A stretch of DNA of 64,000 bases from an uncultured Desulfarculus sp. (GTDB lineage Bacteria > Desulfobacterota > Desulfarculia > Desulfarculales > Desulfarculaceae): contig CAXXUK010000001.1 in NCBI GenBank assembly GCA_963665125.2, positions 2,176,001 through 2,240,000 on the forward strand, read 5' to 3'. Below are positions 42,060-50,021 of this stretch, one piece after another. Both the position numbers and the translations under genes were made by a program. Position 1 is the first letter of the stretch. Each line of letters begins with the position of its first letter. The notes under the pieces were generated by a model that saw nothing but the letters and a program-made list of their open reading frames with translations, was not told the origin of the DNA and did no database searches.

Positions 42060-43019
42060 TCAACCCAGGGGCGGATAATCCGGCCTTTCCTTGGCGGCGG
42101 CCAAAACCGTCACCGTGGCCCCGGCCTGCCGTTTGACTTCCTCGTGGGAATCTGCCAGCAACTCGGCTGCGGCCTCAAGGCCTTCCGGGGCCTTGATGTT
42201 GGCCAGGCCTTTGAGGGCGGCCTCGCGTACGCTGGCGTCGCGGTCCCCCAGGGCCTTTATCAGGGGCTGGACAATGATATCGGCCCGCTGGCGGGTGTTG
42301 CCAAGGGCTATTGCCGCCACCTTGCGCACGCCGGCGTCAGGGTCTTCGATACAGGCTGCCATGGGGCCCAGGGCCTGTTTTTCCTTGATATGATTCAAGG
42401 CGATGAGGGCCTCCTTGCGCACGCCGGCGTCGTTGTCCTGCAACAACCCAAGCAACTGGCGCAGGCCCGACACGGCGCGCAATTTGCCCAGACAGGCCGC
42501 GGCGGCCTTTTTCACCGCGACGTCTGGGTTATCGCACAGGGCGATGACGCTTTCGGCGATATCAACCACCTCCAGGTTGCCCAAACCGCTCATGGCCGCG
42601 CCCATAAGGGGGCCCTGGCCGCTTTGCAGGGCCGCCATCAGGGCATCCTGGGCCACCTTGGGCTGCAAACGGCTGATGGCCAAAGCGGCCTGTTTTTTCA
42701 ACTCGGGATGGCTGTCTTCTTCGTCTTTTGAGGCCTGGGGCGCTCCGGCGGCGCAGGCCAATACCACCTGGCGGAGATCCACGTCGGCGGCCTTGAGGAT
42801 GCGCCGCAGATAGGGCACGGCCCCCTGGAGCCCCAAGCGGCCCAGGGCCTTGGCCGCCTCGGCCTGGATCTGCCATGCCTTGTGGCCCAATGCCTTGATC
42901 AGGCCCCGCTCGGCCTGAGCCAATCCCAGGACTCCACTCATGATACAGGCCGCCCGCAGGATATTGGGATCTTCGGAGTCAAGGGCGTTCAATACGATTT
43001 GCTCGAGTTTATCGGACAT
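42060..43019 (-). CDS. HEAT/PBS-lyase repeat protein
   Basis: Repeated L.D.D..VR..A..ALG units; GGAG RBS before ATG 43019. Confidence 0.85.
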   Translation of the reverse strand: MSDKLEQIVLNALDSEDPNILRAACIMSGVLGLAQAERGLIKALGHKAWQIQAEAAKALGRLGLQGAVPYLRRILKAADVDLRQVVLACAAGAPQASKDEEDSHPELKKQAALAISRLQPKVAQDALMAALQSGQGPLMGAAMSGLGNLEVVDIAESVIALCDNPDVAVKKAAAACLGKLRAVSGLRQLLGLLQDNDAGVRKEALIALNHIKEKQALGPMAACIEDPDAGVRKVAAIALGNTRQRADIIVQPLIKALGDRDASVREAALKGLANIKAPEGLEAAAELLADSHEEVKRQAGATVTVLAAAKERPDYPPLG

Positions 43020-43142
43020 GGGCAAGGCTCTCCGTCGGGGCACAGGCATATTTTGTAAATACTACAGTGATGCTCATAAAATAATTGATGATTTACCCTG
43101 CGTTTGTCAAAGCAGAACAATCCGGAAGGCGCGATTTATCGG

Positions 43143-43814
43143 CTATGTCGCGGCATCCACGTCCTGAACCGAGGCCACGTTACTGAGCAAGGCACCGCAA
43201 TCGCTGCAAAATTCCGGCCTGCGCACGGTTTCGTCCTTGAAAACACGACGGGGCTGATGTTGATCAAGAAATCCCTGTACGATGTTCCAGGCCTCGTCGG
43301 GCGAATGTTCGGCTGTGAACACCTCCAGGGTCTCCAGGACTTCACCGTCATGCAGGTGCAGGGCCACGCCGACCACCTCGGGCATGTCCGGATCTTCGCC
43401 GAACAAGGTTATGGTGGCCAGGGCCACGCCCTTGGCCAAACCGACGAATTCGCTGCTATGCTCGCATTGGGACGGCTGGATGGCCGGGTCGTTGATGTAG
43501 TCGCCCACCGCGTGGGCCAATTCGTGGCCGTCGCTGGTGTCGTGGGGGTGGCTCTCCAGCCATTTTTCAAAGCCGTCCGACGTCACCTGGATCGGAACCG
43601 GCTCCATGCCCAGGCCTCGCATGAAGTGCATCAGGTACCAGGTACGGCGGCATTGATCCCGGAATTGGGTTAGAGACGTGCCGTCGGCGCTCAGGTTGTA
43701 AACATCCAGAAAGTCATCGAAATCAAAAACAGGCAGCCGCATCTGCTTGTTTTTTCCAGCCGCGAAACGCTGGGCCATGCCCCTTGCCTGCTGGATGATC
43801 TTTGTTGTTTGCAA
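43143..43814 (-). CDS. Hypothetical protein with an HExxH motif and C-terminal CxxC
   Basis: AAGGAGG RBS before TTG; host-like codon usage; HELAH and CSDC motifs. Confidence 0.65.
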   Translation of the reverse strand: MQTTKIIQQARGMAQRFAAGKNKQMRLPVFDFDDFLDVYNLSADGTSLTQFRDQCRRTWYLMHFMRGLGMEPVPIQVTSDGFEKWLESHPHDTSDGHELAHAVGDYINDPAIQPSQCEHSSEFVGLAKGVALATITLFGEDPDMPEVVGVALHLHDGEVLETLEVFTAEHSPDEAWNIVQGFLDQHQPRRVFKDETVRRPEFCSDCGALLSNVASVQDVDAAT

Positions 43815-43846
43815 AGCCGCCTCCTTGTGCCAGACTGTCCCCTGTT

Positions 43847-44530
43847 ATGAATGCTTATCATAAAATTGTACCTCTGCCGGTACGGCAAGGCCATGACAAC
43901 TTTGCCCGCCGGGTCTGGTGGCGCAGTTTCGAGCTGCCCGCCGCCGTGACCCTGCGAACCACGGTAAAGCTGCGACCCGGCCTGGCCGCCTTTCAGAAAG
44001 ACCCTTGGCAGATGCTCTCGGCCGTGTGCCGGGCCGCCTCCGCCGCCCTCACCGTGCATCCCCGGCTGAATTTCTACACCTTTTGGGGCAATCTGGTCTG
44101 GGCCGGGCTGCCGCCCAAGGTCTGCGTTATATTGGAAAACAAGGACCAGTCCTGCGGGGAAATCGTGGTGAGCGATGCCCATGAAATGCGCCAGAAGGAC
44201 CTGGTGGCCCACCTGCGCGACACCTGCAACCTGAATCTCGAACTGCCCGACAACCTCAGGCGTATGCTGCCCGAGGCCGCGTATCTGGTGGAGCGTTTCA
44301 GCGGCAAATTCATCCGCAACTATGCCCGGTACTGCGCGCCGCTGTTTCTGTCCATGCTCTGGCTGGAAGGCATCGAGGATGTCGCCTATTGCCCGGCCCA
44401 CAGCATGGCCCTGTATCCGGGCAGACCAAAAGACGGGCAGATGCCTTTGACCTTGTGCTTTAACCATCAATTGGCCAATGCCAGGCCGATGGGCCGCTTT
44501 TTACTGACGATCAGGGATTTTCTTGAGTAG
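43847..44530 (+). CDS. Stand-alone CoA-dependent acyltransferase-fold protein (E2 catalytic/CAT-like)
   Basis: A...AL..HP.LN and C-terminal LTLCFNHQLANARPMGRFL..IRDFLE resemble the E2 LSFDHRVIDG...FL region. Confidence 0.6.
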   Translation: MNAYHKIVPLPVRQGHDNFARRVWWRSFELPAAVTLRTTVKLRPGLAAFQKDPWQMLSAVCRAASAALTVHPRLNFYTFWGNLVWAGLPPKVCVILENKDQSCGEIVVSDAHEMRQKDLVAHLRDTCNLNLELPDNLRRMLPEAAYLVERFSGKFIRNYARYCAPLFLSMLWLEGIEDVAYCPAHSMALYPGRPKDGQMPLTLCFNHQLANARPMGRFLLTIRDFLE

Positions 44531-45239
44531 ACTCGCCGCTCTTTAGGCCTTGCTTGACCCGGCGCTGCACGGGCCGCTGATCAAAGACGCGAAAGCCCTC
44601 GGGCGGTTCATACGTGAAATCAGCGCCATCCACCTGGGGGTTGAATTTCACATCGCTGAAGCCGTACTGGTTGATGTTGCCGACCATGCTGACGATGCGC
44701 AAGCCCCGCAGTTCCAGGCTCTCGACGTCGAACCACACCACCAGGCGCCCCATGTCGGCCCGGGGGTTCAGCGGCTCAAGGGCCACCGTTTCCACGCCCT
44801 GGGGCCCTTTTTCGTTTTCGGTCGCCTGCACCACCTTGAAGCTCTCGGAGAGGTCGCGCAGTCCGCTCAGGGCGGCCAACAAGCCCCGCAGGGCCTCGGT
44901 GTTGGCGCTGACCTCGTATATGGTCACCCGCTTGCGGTCGGGCTGCACCAGCCATAGTGTACTGCCGTCGCTGACTACTTCCTGGACCTTGGGCTCGCTC
45001 TCGTTCAGGCGCAGATTCAGGGGCCGCTGCCACAGGATATGCCCCCTGGCCCGGACCTTGCCGCCGCTCGTGCCGCCGCCGCTGATATATTGGCTCTCCC
45101 GCCGGAAATCGGCGCTGATGGCGTTTATCTTGTCGTATGTTTTCTGCAGGCGCTGTTGCAGGGCGGCAAAGTCGTCTGCCAGGGCCGGGGCGCAGATCAT
45201 CACCGCCAGGGTTGTAAAGGTGGCCACGAAGTACTTCAT
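44511..45239 (-). CDS. lolA: Outer-membrane lipoprotein carrier LolA
   Basis: Signal peptide, SADF...G....RP, VVSDG.TLW..P and F.Y.PPEG. Confidence 0.82.
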   Translation of the reverse strand: MKYFVATFTTLAVMICAPALADDFAALQQRLQKTYDKINAISADFRRESQYISGGGTSGGKVRARGHILWQRPLNLRLNESEPKVQEVVSDGSTLWLVQPDRKRVTIYEVSANTEALRGLLAALSGLRDLSESFKVVQATENEKGPQGVETVALEPLNPRADMGRLVVWFDVESLELRGLRIVSMVGNINQYGFSDVKFNPQVDGADFTYEPPEGFRVFDQRPVQRRVKQGLKSGESTQENP

Positions 45240-45290
45240 CGACGCTCCATAGGCTGACAAAGGGTTGTTCATGGCCCAGTTATGCCATGA

Positions 45291-46088
45291 TCAGCGTTTT
45301 TTAGCCAGGGCGGCGGCGGCCATTTTGGCAAACTGCCTTGAATAGCACAAAATACTCTGGGTACGGTCTTCCATGTTTATGGCCATGTTCAGGCTTGGCG
45401 CCTCGGCCGCCAGGTCCAGGGCCTCCTTGGTCAGGCGCAGGCCCATGGGGCTTTTTGACAGCATGGCCCCGGCAATCTCCATGCCGGCCTCCATGAGGTC
45501 GCCGTCCACGACCCGGGCCACCAAACCGATACGACCCGCTTCCTCGGCCCCGACGCCCCTGCCGGTCAATAAAATCTCTCCGGCCCTGGCCTTGCCCACC
45601 AGGCGCTGCAAGAGCCAGCTGCTGCCCAGCTCGCCGCCGGACAGGCCGATATTGATGAACGACGGCGTGAACACGGCGTCCGGGGCGCAGAGGCACACGT
45701 CGGCGGCCATGGCCATTGACATGCCGCCGCCCGCCGCATGGCCCTGCACAAGGCAGATTACGGGCTGGGTGGCCGCCCTCATCTCTGTAATCAGACGGCT
45801 GAACCGCTTCTGAACTTTCGCCAGATGAGTATCCGGCCCTGAATTTATCCGGTCGGTATACGTGGCCATGGCCTCGTCGCGCAGGTCCGCCCCGGCGCAG
45901 AACGCCCTGCCCTCGCCCCGGATGATCAGAACCCGCACTTTTTCGTCATCGGCCAGTTTGCCGAAAAAATCGTGGAGTTCGTCAAGGGTTTGCAGGGCCA
46001 GGGCATTGAGCCTGTCGGGCCTGATCAGGCTGAGCACGGCCACCGCGCCATCTTGCGCCTTTTCACATTTGATATGTGTGTAGACCAT
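45291..46088 (-). CDS. Enoyl-CoA hydratase/isomerase family protein
   Basis: RPDRLNAL, FCAGADL and G.AAGGG. Confidence 0.9.
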   Translation of the reverse strand: MVYTHIKCEKAQDGAVAVLSLIRPDRLNALALQTLDELHDFFGKLADDEKVRVLIIRGEGRAFCAGADLRDEAMATYTDRINSGPDTHLAKVQKRFSRLITEMRAATQPVICLVQGHAAGGGMSMAMAADVCLCAPDAVFTPSFINIGLSGGELGSSWLLQRLVGKARAGEILLTGRGVGAEEAGRIGLVARVVDGDLMEAGMEIAGAMLSKSPMGLRLTKEALDLAAEAPSLNMAINMEDRTQSILCYSRQFAKMAAAALAKKR

Positions 46089-46109
46089 GCCGGCCCTCCC
46101 TTAAAGCAT

Positions 46110-47291
46110 TTAGTCGAATAGGCCGCTCTCGGCCAGACGTTTGACCTCGGCCTGGTCAAAGCCCAGGGATTTCATCACTTCCTCGGTATGCACCCCGCTG
46201 CCGCTGCCGGCCTTGCCGGGCTTGGGCGGCGTGGCCGAAAATTTGATGGCCACGCCCGGCTGGGGCACCTTGGAGCCATCGGGCATCTCCACCTCGACGA
46301 TCCACTGGCGGTCCTTGGCCAGGGGCTGGTCATAGGCCTCGCCAAGTGAAAGCACGGGCTCCACGCAGGCGTCCAGCGGATAAAAAATCTCCAGCCATTC
46401 GTCCAGCGTCTTTTGTTTGAAGATATCCCGGACCTGGACCTTGAGTTCGTCCATATTTTCGGGCATGACCCAGCCTGGAATACAGTCCGGCCTGCCGATG
46501 GCCTGGCAAAAGGACTGGAAAAATTTGGGTTCCAGGGAACCGATGCTGATGTGGCGGCCGTCGGCGGTTTCGTAGAAATCGTAAAACGAACCGCCGTTCA
46601 AAAGCGTGCCTTCAAAACCGGGTTCCTGGCCCTCCACCAGGAAACCGGCTCCGATCAAGGCGTTGAACGCCGCGGCGCCGTCGGTCATGGAGATATCCAC
46701 GTGCTGGCCCTTGCCGGTGTTGTTGCGGCTGATCACCGCGGCCAGAATGCCGATTATGGCGTTCATTGAGCCAGATGCCACATCGGCTATCTGCATGCCC
46801 ACCAGATTGGGTCCGGTTTGTTTGCTGCCGGTGTAGGACATCAGACCCGTGCGGGCGAGATAGTTGATGTCGTGTCCGGCCCTGTCGCGCATGGCCCCGT
46901 TCTGGCCGTAGCCGGTCAGGGAGCAATAGATCAGGTTGGGGTGTGTCTTGCTGAGGTCTTCGTAGCCCAGGCCCATGTTGGCCATGACGCCGGGCCGGAA
47001 CTGCTCCAGGAGGATGTCGTATTCACCCAGCAGGCGGTGGATAACATCCACCGCCTGCGGATGTTTCAGGTTAAGGTTCATGCAGCGCTTGCCGCGCCCC
47101 AAATAGGCAATGGCCACAGAGGTCTTGCCGTCGGGCAAAAACGGCGGGGTTATGGCCGCCAGATCGGGATAACCCGGTGAAACAATACGCAAAACTTCCG
47201 CGCCCATGTCGGCCAAGGTCATTGACGCATACGGCCCCGGAAGCAACGCGCTGAAATCCAGGATCTTCAATCCGGCTAGCGGCCCCTGCAT
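46110..47291 (-). CDS. CaiB/BaiF family III CoA-transferase (AMACR-like)
   Basis: LLPGPY...LADMGAEV, EQFRPGVM, GHDINY and GQHVDISM. Confidence 0.92.
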   Translation of the reverse strand: MQGPLAGLKILDFSALLPGPYASMTLADMGAEVLRIVSPGYPDLAAITPPFLPDGKTSVAIAYLGRGKRCMNLNLKHPQAVDVIHRLLGEYDILLEQFRPGVMANMGLGYEDLSKTHPNLIYCSLTGYGQNGAMRDRAGHDINYLARTGLMSYTGSKQTGPNLVGMQIADVASGSMNAIIGILAAVISRNNTGKGQHVDISMTDGAAAFNALIGAGFLVEGQEPGFEGTLLNGGSFYDFYETADGRHISIGSLEPKFFQSFCQAIGRPDCIPGWVMPENMDELKVQVRDIFKQKTLDEWLEIFYPLDACVEPVLSLGEAYDQPLAKDRQWIVEVEMPDGSKVPQPGVAIKFSATPPKPGKAGSGSGVHTEEVMKSLGFDQAEVKRLAESGLFD

Positions 47292-47314
47292 GACTACCCC
47301 CTCCTAATTTTTAA

Positions 47315-47788
47315 TCAATTCTCGAAATACAACCTCGATAGAGTTTCGGCCACGCAGGCTGGTTTTGAACTGCCCTGCAATTCAATGGTCACCTCGTTGA
47401 GAACCTGCAACGAGCCGCCCTTTTCCTCCACGGCCTTGAGGCGGCTGACGCCGCGCACCTTGGCTCCGGCAGGCACGGGAGTGATGAAACGCACCTTGTT
47501 CAGGCCGTAATTGAGGCCCATCTTCAGGCCTTCGTACTTGTCGCCGCCGCCTTCGGCCAAACCGGTAAGGTACGGGATCAACGACAAAGTCAAAAAGCCG
47601 TGGGCAATGGTGGTGCCCATGGGCGACTCGGCCTTGGCCCTTTCCACGTCGATGTGAATCCACTGATGATCGCCCGTGGCATCGGCGAACTGGTTTATCC
47701 GCTCCTGGCCGACCTCAAGCCAATCACTAGTGTTTACCACATCACCGATCTTGGCTTCCAGGCTTGCCTTCGCTTTTTCCAAAGACAT
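47315..47788 (-). CDS. MaoC-family dehydratase (NodN-like)
   Basis: FADATGDHQWIH, TIAHGFLTLS and NYGLNKVRF. Confidence 0.9.
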   Translation of the reverse strand: MSLEKAKASLEAKIGDVVNTSDWLEVGQERINQFADATGDHQWIHIDVERAKAESPMGTTIAHGFLTLSLIPYLTGLAEGGGDKYEGLKMGLNYGLNKVRFITPVPAGAKVRGVSRLKAVEEKGGSLQVLNEVTIELQGSSKPACVAETLSRLYFEN

Positions 47789-47809
47789 GTGCAAAATCCT
47801 CCGTCAGCC

Positions 47810-48595
47810 TTATTTTCCGATAAACTCGGCCTTGCGCTTTTCCAGGAACGCCTTGGCGCCTTCCTTGAAGTCCTCGGTGGTCAACAGGGCTGCCGTACCA
47901 CGGCCCTCGATCTCGACCACTGCTTTTTCGATTTCTTTTTCGATCAGGCCGTCATAAACAGCCTTGAGAATCTCGCGCTGGGCCACGGGCGCGCCGGCGG
48001 CCAGCTTGGCTGCCCATTTTTGGGCTTCGCTGATAACCTCGTCATCCTCGGCCAGCCTGTTGACCAGGCCCATCTTGTGAGCTTTTTTGGCGCTGATGAA
48101 ATCGCCGCTGAGGATGTATTCCAGGGCCCGGGCAGAGCCGATGATCCTGGGCAAGCGCTGGGTGCCGCCCCAGCCGGGCATGAAGCCGAGTTTGACCTCG
48201 GGCAGACCGCAGACGGCCTTTTCGCTCATGATCCGCATATGGCAGCAAAGGGACAGCTCCAGGCCGCCGCCAAAGGCCGAACCCTGCAGGGCCGCGATGA
48301 CGATCTTGGGGAAGGTTTCGATGCGGCGGAAGATCTTGTTGCCGTTGTACTTGGGGATCGTGCCCGATTGCAGACCGGCGAACTCGCCGATGTCCGCGCC
48401 GGCCGAGAACAGTTTGTCTCCGCTGCCGGCCAGGACGAGCACCCGCACGTTGTCATCGGTTTCGGCCATATCCAGCATGGCTTCGATATCGCGAAGCAGG
48501 GGCTGGCCCAGGGCGTTGGCCGGGGGGTTGTTCAACAATACGGTCAAAACGCCGTTTTCAAGGGTTACCTGTAGTTTTTCAAATTCGTAAGCCAT
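47810..48595 (-). CDS. Enoyl-CoA hydratase (crotonase family)
   Basis: FSAGADI, GGGLEL and GLPEVKLG..PGWGGTQRL. Confidence 0.92.
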   Translation of the reverse strand: MAYEFEKLQVTLENGVLTVLLNNPPANALGQPLLRDIEAMLDMAETDDNVRVLVLAGSGDKLFSAGADIGEFAGLQSGTIPKYNGNKIFRRIETFPKIVIAALQGSAFGGGLELSLCCHMRIMSEKAVCGLPEVKLGFMPGWGGTQRLPRIIGSARALEYILSGDFISAKKAHKMGLVNRLAEDDEVISEAQKWAAKLAAGAPVAQREILKAVYDGLIEKEIEKAVVEIEGRGTAALLTTEDFKEGAKAFLEKRKAEFIGK

Positions 48596-48616
48596 TACAA
48601 ACTCCCGTATGTATTG

Positions 48617-49405
48617 CTAGTATTTCATGCCCGGCAAATTGAGCGAGCAAGTGTTTCCGCCGTCCACCGGCAGGGCCTGTCCGGTCATGTAGCTGGCGTC
48701 GTCGCTGGCCAGAAATAGCATGACCGAGGCGATTTCACGGGGCAGGCCAAAGCGCCGCATCTCGCAACGGCTGCCAAGCTTGGCCTCCTTGCCCGAGCCC
48801 CGGGCATAGTCGAACACCGGCTTGGTCATGCCCGTTTCGATGAGGCCCGGACACACGGCGTTGACCCGGATGTTGTCCACGGCCAGGTCGCAGGCCGATG
48901 TCTGGGTGAAGTTGATCACCGCCGCCTTGCTGGCGCTGTAGGCATTGCCTCCGGCACCAGCCCGCACACCGGCCACCGATGCGGTGTTGACCACGGCTCC
49001 GCCGCCGCGTTTGCGCAGGTACGGCGCCGCATGCTTGGTGCCGAAGACCGCTCCCAAGACGTTTATCTTGTAGATCGTGAGCCAGTCTTCGGGGTCTTCG
49101 TTGTCGAGCGTGGCCATCTGGCCGGTTATTCCCGCGTTGTTGCAAATAATGTCCAGCCCGCCGTATGTCTCGGCCGCCAAGTCCACCAAGGCCTTGACCT
49201 CGGCCTCCTGGGATACGTCGGTGGGCCGGGTCACGGCTTGGCCGCCTGCCTGGAGAACCATATCCAGTGTGGCCTGCAACTCGGCCTGGTTGACATCGGC
49301 CAGGGCCAGTTTGCAGCCCTCGCCCGAAAATAAAACAGCGGCTGCCCGGCCAATGCCGGAAGCCGCCCCGGTGATTACGGCAACTTTGCCTTTGAGTCTA
49401 TCCAT
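48617..49405 (-). CDS. Short-chain dehydrogenase/reductase (SDR)
   Basis: TGAASGIG, NNAG, YSASK and NAVCPG; GGGAG RBS before ATG 49405. Confidence 0.93.
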   Translation of the reverse strand: MDRLKGKVAVITGAASGIGRAAAVLFSGEGCKLALADVNQAELQATLDMVLQAGGQAVTRPTDVSQEAEVKALVDLAAETYGGLDIICNNAGITGQMATLDNEDPEDWLTIYKINVLGAVFGTKHAAPYLRKRGGGAVVNTASVAGVRAGAGGNAYSASKAAVINFTQTSACDLAVDNIRVNAVCPGLIETGMTKPVFDYARGSGKEAKLGSRCEMRRFGLPREIASVMLFLASDDASYMTGQALPVDGGNTCSLNLPGMKY

Positions 49406-49548
49406 GGCGCTGCTCCCAGTTAGTACGGACACAAAATGCGTTCCGTCTACAGAAAGCATTACGATAACATATTGGCCTAATGATTAGGAGCTAAAAACTA
49501 AACCCTGATTGCAATTGAAGGGGTTTTTTTCAAGCTAAAAATTAGCAA

Positions 49549-49592
49549 AGGCCCATACCGGCTCCGGACGGGGCGCCGAGCGGTATGGGCCT
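49549..49592 (-). terminator. Probable terminator of the secreted-protein operon
   Basis: Perfect 12-bp stem AGGCCCATACCG/CGGTATGGGCCT followed by TTGCTAATTTTT on the minus strand. Confidence 0.65.
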
Positions 49593-49626
49593 GTTTCATC
49601 GCGGTATTTTAACCGCCTGGCTTTAT

Positions 49627-50010
49627 TTAGTCCATCAAGTCCGGCCTGCCGTGGATAATGAGGGTCTCTCCCTTTTCCAGCCTGCTTTTCCAGCCCGTCT
49701 GATTGGTATTCGGCGCGGGCGTGGCATTGCCGGTCACCACGCTCTTCATGACCGCGCTGATGTCCTTGATCTGGGCGTCGGAATACGACCCTCCGCCGGC
49801 CTGGGCCACGGCCTTGTATATCTTTTGTGTCCTGGGGTCGTTTTGCAGTTCATAAGCCACGACATCCACCGTGATCTGGTTGTTCTGCTCGATGGCTGGC
49901 TTTTTCTCGACCTGTTTCAGCAGGGCCTCCACGTCGGGGTCCAGGGCCATGGCGGGCCCCGGCGCCAGCAGGACCGCCGCCAACAATAACGCCATGCATG
50001 TGTATTTCAT
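49627..50010 (-). CDS. Small exported protein resembling the C-terminal strand and helices of a vWA domain
   Basis: GAGGAGG RBS, signal peptide MKYTCMALLLAAVLLAPGPAMA, then ITVDVVAYEL...YKAVAQAGGGSYSDA...DISAVM. Confidence 0.75.
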   Translation of the reverse strand: MKYTCMALLLAAVLLAPGPAMALDPDVEALLKQVEKKPAIEQNNQITVDVVAYELQNDPRTQKIYKAVAQAGGGSYSDAQIKDISAVMKSVVTGNATPAPNTNQTGWKSRLEKGETLIIHGRPDLMD

Positions 50011-50021
50011 CTCGGCCCTCC

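Noticed and set aside
41553..42731. 392-aa plus-strand ORF
   Set aside because: Antisense to the HEAT-repeat gene and the small sigma54-driven gene, and it crosses a promoter region; no motifs.
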